Of a stretch of DNA of 61,188 bases, positions 1-9,653 are shown one piece after another; position 1 is the stretch's first letter, and the number at the start of each line of letters is the position of its first letter. The DNA comes from Croceibacterium sp. (GTDB lineage: Bacteria; Pseudomonadota; Alphaproteobacteria; Sphingomonadales; Sphingomonadaceae). The stretch covers positions 1-61,188 of the forward strand of contig JANWHA010000034.1 of assembly GCA_025450635.1 (NCBI GenBank). Reading direction: 5' to 3'. The notes below the pieces were generated by a model. It was given only the letters and a program-made list of their open reading frames with translations. It was not told the DNA's origin and searched no databases. The position numbers were made by a program, and so were the translations under genes.

Positions 1-279
1 CCGGCGACGGGATTCGACGGCAGCGCGGGCCTGAAGGGCAGCAGCAGCAGCCACTTCTTCCAGCGCTTCGGCTCGGCCCTGCTGCTTTCGGTGGTCGGCG
101 GCTTAAGCGCGATCGGCACCGGGGGCAGCAGCCTGGTCCTCGGCGGCGGCGAAAGCGCCGCGGCGGCGGCGGTCAACCAGGGCGGCCACATCGGGCCGAC
201 CGTGCGCGTGCATCAGGGTGAGCCGATTCGCGTGTTCACCGCCCGCGACCTGGACTTCTCGCGCGCGCCCCGGCTGTGA
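1..279 (+). CDS. virB10: Type IV secretion VirB10/TrbI family protein, C-terminal part (5' truncated by window)
   Basis: Frame 1 open from base 1: DGSAGLKG..SHFFQRFGSALLLSV..IGPTVRVHQGEPIRVFTARDLDFS, the typical VirB10 C-terminus; stop overlaps the virB11 start (GTGA). Confidence 0.9.
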   Translation, partial: PATGFDGSAGLKGSSSSHFFQRFGSALLLSVVGGLSAIGTGGSSLVLGGGESAAAAAVNQGGHIGPTVRVHQGEPIRVFTARDLDFSRAPRL

Positions 280-1277
280 GCGCGGAAGTCCGCCAGCTAT
301 CCGAGGCCGACCCCCTGCCGCTGGCCGGCAGCGCCTATCTCGACGCTTACCTGGGGCCGTTCCGGCAATGGCTCGAGTGCGACACCGTGACCGACATCCT
401 GGTCAACGGACCGGGTGAAGTGTGGATCGAGGACTCGCGACACGCACAGATGCAGCGGATCGAGGCGCCGGAAATCGACGACCGCCTGGTCCAGCGCCTG
501 GCCGAGCAGGTCGCGCGCGTCAGCCACCAGGGCATCAACCGCGAGCATCCCCTGCTCGGCGCGACCCTGCCCGACGGCGCGCGCGTGCAGTTCTGCGGTC
601 CTCCGGCGACGCGGCGACACTGGGTGATGGCGATCCGCCGCCACCGCCGGCTCGACCTGCCGCTGGACGCCTACGATTCCGGCCCGATCGGGGAGCGCTC
701 GGCGGCACCTTTGCCGGACCCCGCAGCGCAGCCGATCGCTTACTTGCGCGCGGCAATCGCGGCCAGGAAGACGATCCTGATCTCGGGCGGGACCAGCACC
801 GGAAAGACGACGTTCCTCAATTCGATGCTCGGCGAGATCCCGGCCGAGGAGCGGGTCGTGGTGGTCGAGGACACCCCCGAACTGCGCCTGCCGAACGCCA
901 ACGGGGTCGGCCTCGTGGCGGTCAAGGGCGAGCTGGGCGAAGCGCGCATCACGCCCGATGACCTGCTGCAAGCCTCGCTGCGCCTGCGCCCCGACCGCAT
1001 CGTGCTGGGCGAGCTGCGCGGCGCCGAAAGCGTCAGCTTCCTGCGCGCGATCAACACCGGCCATCCGGGCAGTTTCTCGACGATTCATGCCAATTCCTTG
1101 CGCGGCTCCCTCGAGCAACTCGCGCTGATGGTGATGCAGACCGGCATCGGGCTGAGCCGGGCGGACACCATCGAATATGCTGCCTCGGTGATCGACGTCA
1201 TCGTCCAGCTCAGCCGCGAGGGCGGCCGGAGACGCATCACGGCGATTGCCAGCTCCGGAGAACTCCTGAACGCGTGA
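276..1277 (+). CDS. virB11: P-type DNA transfer ATPase VirB11
   Basis: Walker A GGTSTGKTT, Asp box VEDTPEL, Walker B LRLRPDRIVLGELRG, His box TGHPGSFSTIHA; follows virB10. Confidence 0.93.
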   Translation: MSAEVRQLSEADPLPLAGSAYLDAYLGPFRQWLECDTVTDILVNGPGEVWIEDSRHAQMQRIEAPEIDDRLVQRLAEQVARVSHQGINREHPLLGATLPDGARVQFCGPPATRRHWVMAIRRHRRLDLPLDAYDSGPIGERSAAPLPDPAAQPIAYLRAAIAARKTILISGGTSTGKTTFLNSMLGEIPAEERVVVVEDTPELRLPNANGVGLVAVKGELGEARITPDDLLQASLRLRPDRIVLGELRGAESVSFLRAINTGHPGSFSTIHANSLRGSLEQLALMVMQTGIGLSRADTIEYAASVIDVIVQLSREGGRRRITAIASSGELLNA

Positions 1278-1289
1278 CCGGCCCTGCCG

Positions 1290-2459
1290 TCACACCGGCA
1301 GGCCGACGTAGTTCTCGGCGATGCTCGTCTGCGCCGCGCGGCTCGAGGAAATATAATCGAGTTCCGCCACCTGCATCGCCCGTTCGAACGGCCCGTCCTC
1401 GGGAAACCGGTGCATCAGCCGCGTGAGCGACCAGCTGAAGCGCTCCGCCTTCCACACCCGGGCCAGCGCGCGAGAGGAGTAGCCGGCGATCGCCTCGCCA
1501 TCGCCGCGCTTGAAGAACTTCGTCAGGGCCTCGGCGGCATAATGAACGTCGCTCGCCGCCAGGTTGAGGCCTTTCGCGCCCGTCGGCGGAACGATGTGGG
1601 CGGCGTCACCGCACAGCAGCAGGCTGCCGTGGCGCATCGGTGCGAAAACGTAGGAGCGCAAGGGGGCGATCGACTTCTCAAGCGACGGCCCGCGAATGAT
1701 ATGGGCGGCGGCTTCGGGGCCGAGGCGGATCGCCAGCTCGTCCCAGATGCGCTCGTCGGGCCAGTCTTCGACCCGCTCGGTCAGCGGAACGTCGATGTAA
1801 TAGCGGCTGCGCCTCTCGCTGCGCATGCTCGCTAGCGCGAATCCGCGCGAATGGTTGGCGTAGATCAGCTCGTGATTGCACGGCGGCACGTCGGCGAGGA
1901 TACCGAGCCAGCCGAACGGATATTCGCGTTCGTATTCGGTGGCCACGGCCGCGGGGATCGCTTGCCGGCTCGGCCCGTGCGAGCCGTCGCAGCCGGCGAC
2001 GATACGGCAGTCGATCCGCTGCGGGACATCGTTCTTGGAGTAGGTCACAAAGGGGGCATCGCTATGGATGGCGTGCAGCGTCACGTCGGCCGCCTCGTAA
2101 ATCACCTCGAGGCCGCGCGCCTCGCGCGCTTCCATCAAATCACGAGTCAGCTCGGTCTGGCCATAGACGACCACGTGCTTGCCGGTCAGGCCCGCGATAT
2201 CGATGCGGATCAGGCGCTCGCCGTCGGCCAGGTTGAAGCCGTCGTGCACGAGCCCCTCCTGCTTGAGTCGGGCGTCGAGCCCGAGCCGCTCCATCAGCGA
2301 TACGGTGGTCTGCTCGAGCACGCCGGCGCGGATGCGGCCAAGCACGTAGTCCGGCGGGCGCCGCTCGAGCACGACGCACTCGATTCCCTCGGCGCACAGA
2401 AGGTGCCCCAACAGCAAGCCGGCGGGCCCGGCCCCGACGATGCAAACCTGTGTCTTCAT
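1290..2459 (-). CDS. pobA: 4-hydroxybenzoate 3-monooxygenase
   Basis: MKTQVCIVGAGPAGL, DYVLGRIRAGVLE, ELIYANH, GDAAHIVPPTGAKGLNLA, C-terminal ENYVGLP; 389 aa. Confidence 0.96.
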   Translation of the reverse strand: MKTQVCIVGAGPAGLLLGHLLCAEGIECVVLERRPPDYVLGRIRAGVLEQTTVSLMERLGLDARLKQEGLVHDGFNLADGERLIRIDIAGLTGKHVVVYGQTELTRDLMEAREARGLEVIYEAADVTLHAIHSDAPFVTYSKNDVPQRIDCRIVAGCDGSHGPSRQAIPAAVATEYEREYPFGWLGILADVPPCNHELIYANHSRGFALASMRSERRSRYYIDVPLTERVEDWPDERIWDELAIRLGPEAAAHIIRGPSLEKSIAPLRSYVFAPMRHGSLLLCGDAAHIVPPTGAKGLNLAASDVHYAAEALTKFFKRGDGEAIAGYSSRALARVWKAERFSWSLTRLMHRFPEDGPFERAMQVAELDYISSSRAAQTSIAENYVGLPV

Positions 2460-2469
2460 GGCGCGCGCC

Positions 2470-2877
2470 TCAGCCGGCCGTCCGCAGCTGGTTGATCAGG
2501 CCCGCCAGGATTGCGCCCAGCCACACGAACACCAGGCAGAACACGACCGACATGACCACATTCGAGCCGGCCTCCATCATGTCCCCCTCGCGTACCAGCG
2601 CGAGCGTCTGCAGGCTGAAGGACGAGAAGGTCGTATAGCCGCCGCACAGGCCGACGAGCAGGAACTGGCGCATGTCGGGAGCGATCATGAGCCGGCTGTT
2701 GGGGTCGGTCGACAGGCCCGCCAGCAGCCCGATCATGAACGAGCCGGTGATGTTGACGACCAGCGTTCCCCACGGAAATGTCTCGCCGAACCAGAACGCG
2801 AACGCGCGCGACACGCCGTAGCGCCCCATGCTGCCGATCGCGCCGCCGATCGCGATCCAGAAGTAAGTCGAGAACAC
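2470..2877 (-). CDS. crcB: Fluoride efflux channel FluC/CrcB
   Basis: IAIGGAIGSMGRY, FPWGTLVVNITGSF, GLCGGYTTFSSF. Start moved to GTG 2877, with GGAGG 7 nt upstream. Confidence 0.93.
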   Translation of the reverse strand: MFSTYFWIAIGGAIGSMGRYGVSRAFAFWFGETFPWGTLVVNITGSFMIGLLAGLSTDPNSRLMIAPDMRQFLLVGLCGGYTTFSSFSLQTLALVREGDMMEAGSNVVMSVVFCLVFVWLGAILAGLINQLRTAG

Positions 2878-2996
2878 GCGCGCGCCTCCAATAAGTGCGG
2901 CACAAGACCGCATTCTCCCGCCATTGTCGAGCGCAAGCGTTTCGCGGCCCGAGGACTTGGTTTAGCATCGCACCGGACACCGCCAAGGAGCGCGCG

Positions 2997-3323
2997 ATGG
3001 AACTGCCCCGCGAAGCCTGCATGATGCGCATCTTCACCAGCGAACGCGCCCGGGGGAAGCATCGCGCGCTGTTCGAGGATATCGTGCGAATGGCCCGCGA
3101 CGAGGGCCTCGCCGGGGCCACCGTGCTGCGAGGCCCGATGGGATTTGGTTCCTCGTCGCACATTCACAACGCCAACATCCTCGATCTTTCCTCGAACCTG
3201 CCGCTGGTGATCGAGCTCGTCGATACCGAAGACAAGCTGCGCGCCTTTGCGCGCGCGATCGAGGACACGAAGGACATCGGCCTGGTGACGCTGGAGAAGA
3301 TCGAAGTACTGCATCCCGGCTGA
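2997..3323 (+). CDS. DUF190 family (PII-like) protein
   Basis: MRIFTSE..GLAGATVLRGPMGFG..LDLSSNLPLVIELVD..GLVTLE; ATG 2997 preceded by AAGGAG; family is usually found next to crcB. Confidence 0.88.
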   Translation: MELPREACMMRIFTSERARGKHRALFEDIVRMARDEGLAGATVLRGPMGFGSSSHIHNANILDLSSNLPLVIELVDTEDKLRAFARAIEDTKDIGLVTLEKIEVLHPG

Positions 3324-3369
3324 GGCTTTGATGGCGGCCGGCGCCCGGAGCGGGCGTCCGCCCTTCCGC

Positions 3370-5715
3370 TCAAGGGGTCAGTGCAACAGAGACGCTGACG
3401 GAGCGCGGATCCTGGCGCACGTATTGGTGCGTCGAGTAGATACGAAAGGGATTGCCGTAAGCGAAGCTGTCGCCGCGGGCATTGAGCAGGTTGCGTCCTT
3501 CGAGCCTCAAGATCCACTGTCGATGGCGCGCTTCCAGGGCGAGCCCGGTCTCGAAATAATTGCCCATCGGCCGGTCAAGCGCCGGATCGAAGCTGAGGCG
3601 CGCCGGCCCGACATAGCGGCCGCTTGCCGAAACCGTCGCGTCCCACCCGGCCAGAGCGAAGTCGCGCGCCAGCGCGGCCCGGAAGGTCCATGACGGCACC
3701 ACCGGCAACCGCCGGTCGTGCAGCTTGAATCCCGACATATCGCGGGTCAACAGGGCGGACTGGCCGATGCCTCCCGCATCGATGTGCCAGCCGCCGTGGA
3801 GTTGCGCCTTCACGGTCAGTTGAGCCCCGGTTACCTGGCCATCGCCGACATTGGCGGTCTCGACCAGGCCGTTGGCGAGCAGCACGTCCGACTGGATATC
3901 GCTCCACCAGTAATGAAAAACGCCGAGATCGAGGTTCACGGGTCCGGCCGTCTCGCGCCAGCCGCCCTCCAATGCCATCAGCTCGTCTTCATCGAGCCGC
4001 TTGATCTCGCCGCTGGAACCGACCGTCGTGCCGCCTTGGCGAACGGCTGAGCCGTAGCGCACGTAGAGCAAGCCGCCTGCGCCAGGATGCCAGGCCAGCG
4101 ACGCCGAGGGGGCGACGCGGATGCGGCTCTTTTCCTGGATCCTGCTGCCGGTCGTGACGGCACGATGTTCGTGGAGCCCGGTGCTGAACACCCGTCCTCC
4201 AAGAGTAGCATCGAGCGAGGCCGCGACGGGCAGCGTCGCCTCACCGAATAGAGCCGCTTCGCTTTGCCGCTGGTCGACCGTTTCGAGCGTCTGTGCCGTT
4301 TCGCTGAGGCCGTGGAGCACCCGGGTCGAATTCTGCCAAGCCTCGAGGTGCGCCACGCCGCCGAGCCAGTTCAGGCGGCCCCAGTTCCCGGTCATCCGCA
4401 ATTCGCTGTCCCACAGCCGGTAGTGCGAATCGTCCTCGAGCGTCTGCGGATCGGCGAAGCCGAAGCTTCCGGCGCCCTGCGTGGCGTCGTACCGGTCGTC
4501 GACTTCGTGGGTCGTGTATCCGGTCGAAAAGACGATCTGCGTCGCCCCGTTGCGGGCAACGCGCAGCGCCATGTGCCTTACATCGTTGCTGTGCGGCTCC
4601 GGCAATTGGGCCGGGCGTGCGTGCGCCTCGGGCTGATAAGTGTAGTTACTGTCGTCGGCGTGGAGCGACTGGCCCAGAGCCGTCACGTCGATGCGCCAGC
4701 TGTCTCCCGCGTTGACGCCCACACTCGCCCGCAGCCCGGCCACGTCCGTGCCGTTGCTGTCGATGCGCTCGCCCGTATCCAGCCACCCGGGAGATCGCTC
4801 GCCGTATGCGACGAGCCGAACCGCCGCGGCGTCGCGAACAAGCGGGACATTCACGACCAGCGAGCCGCGTCCGCCCAAATCGCCGCTGGAAATGGTCTCG
4901 CCCGCAACCGACCCGCTGAACGAGAACGACGAGGGATCGGCGCGGCGCGTGACGATGCGGTAAATTCCACCGAGCGCGCCGGCGCCGTAAAGCGATCCCT
5001 GCGGACCGCTGAGCAACTCGACCCGATCGACATCGACCAGCCGGATGTCGGGATCGGGCGCGATGTAGGTCAGGCGGTCGTCGTCGAGCATGATCGCGAC
5101 CGTCGCCTGGCTCTTGCCGCCGAAGGGGCTGTCCGCCACCCCGCGCAGGAACAGGTGATTGCGGCCCACGCCTTGCCCGGCGAGCGAGAGACCTTCGGTG
5201 CGCTCGGCCACCCTCTGGCTGTCGGTTGCCGGATCCTCGCGCTCGCTCGGGTGGAGGACAACGACGGTGGCGGCAATCGGGGTATTCTCGAGCGTAAGGT
5301 TACGCTTGGTCGCGCGGACCACGATTTCGGACGCCGGCGACGACGCAGCGGCGTCCGGCTCGGGCGCAGGGGCAGGCGCGGAACCGTCATGCGGCGCGCG
5401 CTCGATGCGCCAGGCCGTGGCGCCCACCCGCCGCGCGACCAAGCCCGATCCGCGCAACAGCCGGGCCAGCGCCGCGTCGATCGTCATCGACCCGCGCAGC
5501 GCCTTCGTGTGCACGGCGGGCAAGGCGCCTTCCGCTCCGACCGAGATGTCCGTTTCTCGCGACAGCTCCGCGATAGCTTCCGACAACGATCCCGCTTTGA
5601 CGTCGATCCTCTGACGCGGTTCGCCGCGCGCCTCAGCTCCGTTCGGCCAGGCGATAAGCGCCGCCGTGGCCAAGCAGCTCCAGCCCCATGAGCTGCGCCA
5701 AGTCGCGGACTGCAT
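3370..5715 (-). CDS. TonB-dependent receptor/transducer with N-terminal STN signalling domain
   Basis: STN-like AGSLSEAI..ALARLLRGSGL, TonB box EIVVRA, plug motif DVDRVELLSGPQGSLYGAGALGG, late RNLLN motif. Start uncertain (ATG 5715/5724 or TTG 5673); all candidates overlap fecR. Confidence 0.85.
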   Translation of the reverse strand: MQSATWRSSWGWSCLATAALIAWPNGAEARGEPRQRIDVKAGSLSEAIAELSRETDISVGAEGALPAVHTKALRGSMTIDAALARLLRGSGLVARRVGATAWRIERAPHDGSAPAPAPEPDAAASSPASEIVVRATKRNLTLENTPIAATVVVLHPSEREDPATDSQRVAERTEGLSLAGQGVGRNHLFLRGVADSPFGGKSQATVAIMLDDDRLTYIAPDPDIRLVDVDRVELLSGPQGSLYGAGALGGIYRIVTRRADPSSFSFSGSVAGETISSGDLGGRGSLVVNVPLVRDAAAVRLVAYGERSPGWLDTGERIDSNGTDVAGLRASVGVNAGDSWRIDVTALGQSLHADDSNYTYQPEAHARPAQLPEPHSNDVRHMALRVARNGATQIVFSTGYTTHEVDDRYDATQGAGSFGFADPQTLEDDSHYRLWDSELRMTGNWGRLNWLGGVAHLEAWQNSTRVLHGLSETAQTLETVDQRQSEAALFGEATLPVAASLDATLGGRVFSTGLHEHRAVTTGSRIQEKSRIRVAPSASLAWHPGAGGLLYVRYGSAVRQGGTTVGSSGEIKRLDEDELMALEGGWRETAGPVNLDLGVFHYWWSDIQSDVLLANGLVETANVGDGQVTGAQLTVKAQLHGGWHIDAGGIGQSALLTRDMSGFKLHDRRLPVVPSWTFRAALARDFALAGWDATVSASGRYVGPARLSFDPALDRPMGNYFETGLALEARHRQWILRLEGRNLLNARGDSFAYGNPFRIYSTHQYVRQDPRSVSVSVALTP

Positions 5716-6556
5716 TATCGCCATTGTGGATCGACAAGGTTCCAGAGAAACGCCTGCCGGCGAGCGGCGGAGGCACCGTAACCGAAACAGCGGCATAGCG
5801 GGCCAGATCGGCCGCGACCAGCGACAACGGGGCCGCGTCGTAAGTCAGGCGGCCTTCGCGCCATTCACCCACGTCGCGTGAGGAGACCGGCGCGATCGTG
5901 GCCAGCTTGTGAGCGGGGTCGAACAGGATGCGACGGCCCGCCGGCAGCTCGACCGCCTGGCCCAGCGCGTCACCCCGTAGCTCCACCCGGCCTTCGGATA
6001 CCTCGACGCGCACCGCCGGCCCGTTCGTCTGAACCTCGAAACGGGTGCCGATGTCGCCGATCTGGAGCCCTCCGGCGGCAATCGAAAGCGCGCGGTCCGG
6101 ATCGTGCCGGATGGCGAACAAGGCCCCCCCGTCGAGCGCAAGCCGATCCTGGCGCCGGCCGGCGATCGTCAATCGGCTGTGCGGCGCGAGAACGATGGCG
6201 GAGCCATCGCGCAGTGCCACGGTTCGCGAGACTCCCTGCGTCACAAACGCCTGCGTGGAAGGAGCCGTGAGCTGCGGCACAATCAGCACCGCAGCCAGCG
6301 AGGCAGCGAGCGCGCCACCGGCCCACAGCGGCCACTTCGCCGTAAGCCTACGCGGTGCCGCCTCGACAAATGGTGCCAGCGCTTCGCGATGATCCTCGAC
6401 CGCGGCATCGGCGAGGGCGATGTCCGAATACGCCGCACGATGAAGCGGACTGGCCTCGAGCCACAGCGTGAAACCGTCCCAGTCCATGTCGTCGTGCACG
6501 CTGGCGAGGTGCCAGCGGGCGGCTTGGTCCAGGATACCTTCGTCTGCCCCATTCAT
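5633..6556 (-). CDS. FecR family anti-sigma/sensor protein
   Basis: DQAARWH..FTLWLEASPLHRAAY N-terminal domain, one TM segment, LRDGS, DIGTRFEV, VSEGRV, WREGRL. Confidence 0.92.
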   Translation of the reverse strand: MNGADEGILDQAARWHLASVHDDMDWDGFTLWLEASPLHRAAYSDIALADAAVEDHREALAPFVEAAPRRLTAKWPLWAGGALAASLAAVLIVPQLTAPSTQAFVTQGVSRTVALRDGSAIVLAPHSRLTIAGRRQDRLALDGGALFAIRHDPDRALSIAAGGLQIGDIGTRFEVQTNGPAVRVEVSEGRVELRGDALGQAVELPAGRRILFDPAHKLATIAPVSSRDVGEWREGRLTYDAAPLSLVAADLARYAAVSVTVPPPLAGRRFSGTLSIHNGDNAVRDLAQLMGLELLGHGGAYRLAERS

Positions 6557-7170
6557 GGCTTCGCGTTCCCGTTCGACGCTGCGCCCCCCGCCCGTTCCTG
6601 CTCGGAAGACGCTGCGGCGCCGAGGAATCCGCAGTCGATAAGGGCGCGGCGCAAGTGCTTCATGGCCAGCGCGAGGTGCTTTTCTACTCCGCTGCGGCTG
6701 ATCCCCATGATGCCGGCGATCTCGTCCTGGCCACGCCCTTCGAAGCGATAGAGCAGCAGGGCGCGACGGGCGCCCGGAGGAAGAGCTTCGACGGCTTGCC
6801 GCACCATCGCCGATTCTTGCGCCTCGATCAGCCCGGCTTCCGCATCGGGCGCAGGGTCGCTCCGAAGCTCAATCGAGGCTTGGGCAGGCTCTTCCTGATC
6901 GGCCCACTCGCGGTCGCGTCGCATGGCGCGCCGGCGGCCCCGCGCCCGGTCGAGTACGAGATTGTTCGCCATCCGGAACAGGTACCCCCGAGCGTTCGCG
7001 ACTGGCCCGCTCGGTCTGGCAGCGATCTTCAACCACAGCTCCTGCAGCAGATCCTCGGCTTCGGCCGCATCGCCGCAACGCGCCGCGAGAAAACGCAGCA
7101 GGGCTCCGCGCTCCGCTTCGAGCAGCGCGGCAAGCCCGGCGTTGACTGCTTCGAATGCCTTGTCCGCCAA
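6553..7170 (-). CDS. ECF RNA polymerase sigma factor (FecI-like)
   Basis: AEDLLQELWL, YLFRMANNLVLD (region 2); LPPGARRALLL..EIAGIMGISRSGVEKHL (region 4); coupled to fecR by an ATGA overlap; TTG start. Confidence 0.92.
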   Translation of the reverse strand: MADKAFEAVNAGLAALLEAERGALLRFLAARCGDAAEAEDLLQELWLKIAARPSGPVANARGYLFRMANNLVLDRARGRRRAMRRDREWADQEEPAQASIELRSDPAPDAEAGLIEAQESAMVRQAVEALPPGARRALLLYRFEGRGQDEIAGIMGISRSGVEKHLALAMKHLRRALIDCGFLGAAASSEQERAGGAASNGNAKP

Positions 7171-7287
7171 GGACGCCCTCGCCTCCGCGCTCTGCCTGAG
7201 CCATCGGGCTCCTTATACCCGGCGCCCGACATAGTCTTTGATGGAAATCGAAGCACTGCGAAGGCACCGCGACAAGCGCCCTGGACT

Positions 7288-8472
7288 TCACCTGCGCCGT
7301 ATCAGTCGCCGGTAAGTGTCGGCGACGGCGCTGTTGATCGCATCCCAGGTATAGGCGCGGCTACGCTCCTCGCCCGCGCGGCCGTGGGCGGCGCGCAGCG
7401 CCGGGTCGGTGACGTATGCGGCGAGCGCGTCGGCAAAGGCGGTCACGCTGCCCGGCGGCACCAATGTGCCGTTCGCCCCTTCGGCCACCAGGCAGCTGCT
7501 GCCCGTCGCCCGCGCGGCGACGACCGGCACCCCGCAAGCCATCGCCTCCAGGGTCACATTGCCGAACGTCTCGGTGACGGACGGATTGAACAGCACGTCC
7601 ATCGCCGCCACCGCGCGGCCGAGGTCCGCGCCCTGCTGGAAGCCGGCGAAGATCGCCCCGGGCAGCCGCTCGGCGAACCACTCGCGCGCCGGCCCGTCAC
7701 CGACGACCAGCACCCTGTGCGGCACGCCGCGCTGGCGCAGCTCGGCCATCGTGGCGGCGAAATCGTCCAGGCCCTTCTCCATCACCAGCCGGCCGAGGAA
7801 TCCGATGGCGACCTCGCCGTCGGCGATGCCGTGCGAGCGCCGCCAGGCACTATCGCGCCGGCCGGAATTGAACACGGTGCGGTCGACGCCGCGCTCCCAC
7901 AGGGAGATATCGTCGTTCATTCCTTGCGCGCGCAACACCTCGACCATTCCCGCCGACGGCGTGACGAGTGCATCGCACTGGCGATACATCCGGCGCAGGA
8001 AGGCCTCGATCGCCCGTTCGAGAAAGCCGAGGTGGTAATACGACGCGTAAGTTTCGAAGCGCGTGTGAACGGAAGCCAGCACCGGTATGCCCCGCGCCTT
8101 TGCCCAGCGCACCGCGGCGCGGGCCGCGAAGTCGGGCGAGGAGACGTGCAGCACGTTGGGCGCGAAGCGCTCGAGATCCTCGCGCACACGCCCCGAAACC
8201 GCCAGCGGCACGCGATATTCTCCGCGCGTCGGTATCGCCAGCGACGGCAGGCTGACTAGCTCGCCCTGCGGCTCGAACGCGGGATGCTCGATGGTCGGCG
8301 AATAGACACGCACCTTCGCCCCTTGGCGCTCGAGATACTCGACCAACCGGTTGAGCGCCTTGTTCGCCCCGTCGACCGTCATGTTGTAATTACCGCTGAA
8401 CAGCGCGATCCTCAGGCCAGCGATCGTGTTGAGAGGCGCGCGCGGGGTCTCCGAGGTCTCGTTCCGAGCCAA
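7288..8472 (-). CDS. GT4 family glycosyltransferase
   Basis: LRIALFSGNY, SVHTRFETY, FLGRLVMEKG, ETFGNVTLE (E-x7-E). Start set at TTG 8472 (GGAG 9 nt upstream); the longer ORF overlaps the LptF/G-like gene. Confidence 0.9.
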   Translation of the reverse strand: MARNETSETPRAPLNTIAGLRIALFSGNYNMTVDGANKALNRLVEYLERQGAKVRVYSPTIEHPAFEPQGELVSLPSLAIPTRGEYRVPLAVSGRVREDLERFAPNVLHVSSPDFAARAAVRWAKARGIPVLASVHTRFETYASYYHLGFLERAIEAFLRRMYRQCDALVTPSAGMVEVLRAQGMNDDISLWERGVDRTVFNSGRRDSAWRRSHGIADGEVAIGFLGRLVMEKGLDDFAATMAELRQRGVPHRVLVVGDGPAREWFAERLPGAIFAGFQQGADLGRAVAAMDVLFNPSVTETFGNVTLEAMACGVPVVAARATGSSCLVAEGANGTLVPPGSVTAFADALAAYVTDPALRAAHGRAGEERSRAYTWDAINSAVADTYRRLIRRR

Positions 8473-8498
8473 AGTTGACAACTCCGCCACCGCCGGGC

Positions 8499-9653
8499 CT
8501 ATCCGAAGCTCACCACACGCCGGCGAAGACTCCCGCGAAGCCGGCCAAGCCCGACCCGTCGGGTCCCTTTTACCAACCATTGATCGATGTGGCCCTCGCC
8601 CCACCGGCGCTCGCCCCAGACTATGACCGAGACCACCGCCATCCAGATCGCGGCGATGGCAAGAGCGACCAGGCCAGGATGCCCCGAACCGGTGGCGGCG
8701 ACGAAGCTGGTGCTGCGGGTGAACATCACGAGCAAGACGATGCCCGACATCAGCCCCAGCGCGGAACTGCTTCGGCGCATCGGCTTGCCCAGCGCCGCTG
8801 CGAGGAACGGTACCATCAGCGTGAACGCCGGCCACAGCAACCGCGAGCACGCCAGCGCAAAGTCACCGGAATCATCGCTGGAGAGCAGCGCCGGCAACCT
8901 CATGCCCTTACGTCGCTCGGTTATGTCAACTGGCTTGTCCTTGTCGCCGACGTGCTCGCCGCTGTCGAAGCGGAAGGCGTTGAACGACAACGATTGGCCA
9001 TTGCTGCCGTTCAGGGCGCGGCCTTGTTCAAGATCGATCAGAACGTGGTTGGTGAAGTTGAAACCGAGGCGTCCGCGGCTGGCGGTGAATGTCGTATGGG
9101 CAGTATGGAAAAACACCCCGCGAAGCTCTCCCGTGCCGGGGTCCACGTCGGCGAATCTCAAGGTTATGCCTCTTCCCAGATCGGTGAACTCGCCCGCCTT
9201 GAGGTCGTATCCGAATTGGCCGCCCTCCAGCCGCTGCCCCAGTTCGCTCAGCCGCCGCTCGCCGGCAGGCATGAGCCAGCCCTGATTCCACAGCATAAGT
9301 CCGGCTATTACTATCGTGAGGACCGCCGGAAAGCGCATCCAGCGGTACGTCGAGATTCCGCTAGCCTGAACGATATCGAGCTCGCCGCGCAGTGACAGGC
9401 GCCTGACCGTCAGAGCAATCGCCAGGTAGAGCCCAAACAGCAGGCCGAGACCGGCGTATTCCGGAAGCAGCGCCATCATGCTCTGGACCACGACGTAGGT
9501 CTTCCGCCCCGAGAGACTCACGACGTCGAGCAAGCGAGGAAAATGCTCAAAAATCATCAGCGAAATGACGATCGCGAAAACCGACACAAAAGTTCCGGCC
9601 ACCTGCTTCAGCAAGTAGCGGTCCAAAGTCGTGAACGCCGGGCGCAGGCGCAC
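8499..9653 (-). CDS. LptF/LptG family permease
   Basis: TLDRYLLKQV start, three N-terminal TMs, RLSLRGELDIVQASGIS motif, periplasmic domain, three C-terminal TMs. Confidence 0.85.
   Translation of the reverse strand: MRLRPAFTTLDRYLLKQVAGTFVSVFAIVISLMIFEHFPRLLDVVSLSGRKTYVVVQSMMALLPEYAGLGLLFGLYLAIALTVRRLSLRGELDIVQASGISTYRWMRFPAVLTIVIAGLMLWNQGWLMPAGERRLSELGQRLEGGQFGYDLKAGEFTDLGRGITLRFADVDPGTGELRGVFFHTAHTTFTASRGRLGFNFTNHVLIDLEQGRALNGSNGQSLSFNAFRFDSGEHVGDKDKPVDITERRKGMRLPALLSSDDSGDFALACSRLLWPAFTLMVPFLAAALGKPMRRSSSALGLMSGIVLLVMFTRSTSFVAATGSGHPGLVALAIAAIWMAVVSVIVWGERRWGEGHIDQWLVKGTRRVGLGRLRGSLRRRVVSFG

Noticed and set aside
2878-2996. Fluoride (crcB) riboswitch upstream of crcB
   Set aside because: No GATGG..CGCC/GCTGATGAC-type elements found by eye on the minus strand; an Infernal search is needed to exclude it formally.
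3341-3357. Hairpin GCGCCCG-GAG-CGGGCGT between DUF190 and the TBDR
   Set aside because: Short stem with no convincing U-tract on either strand; not enough to call a terminator.
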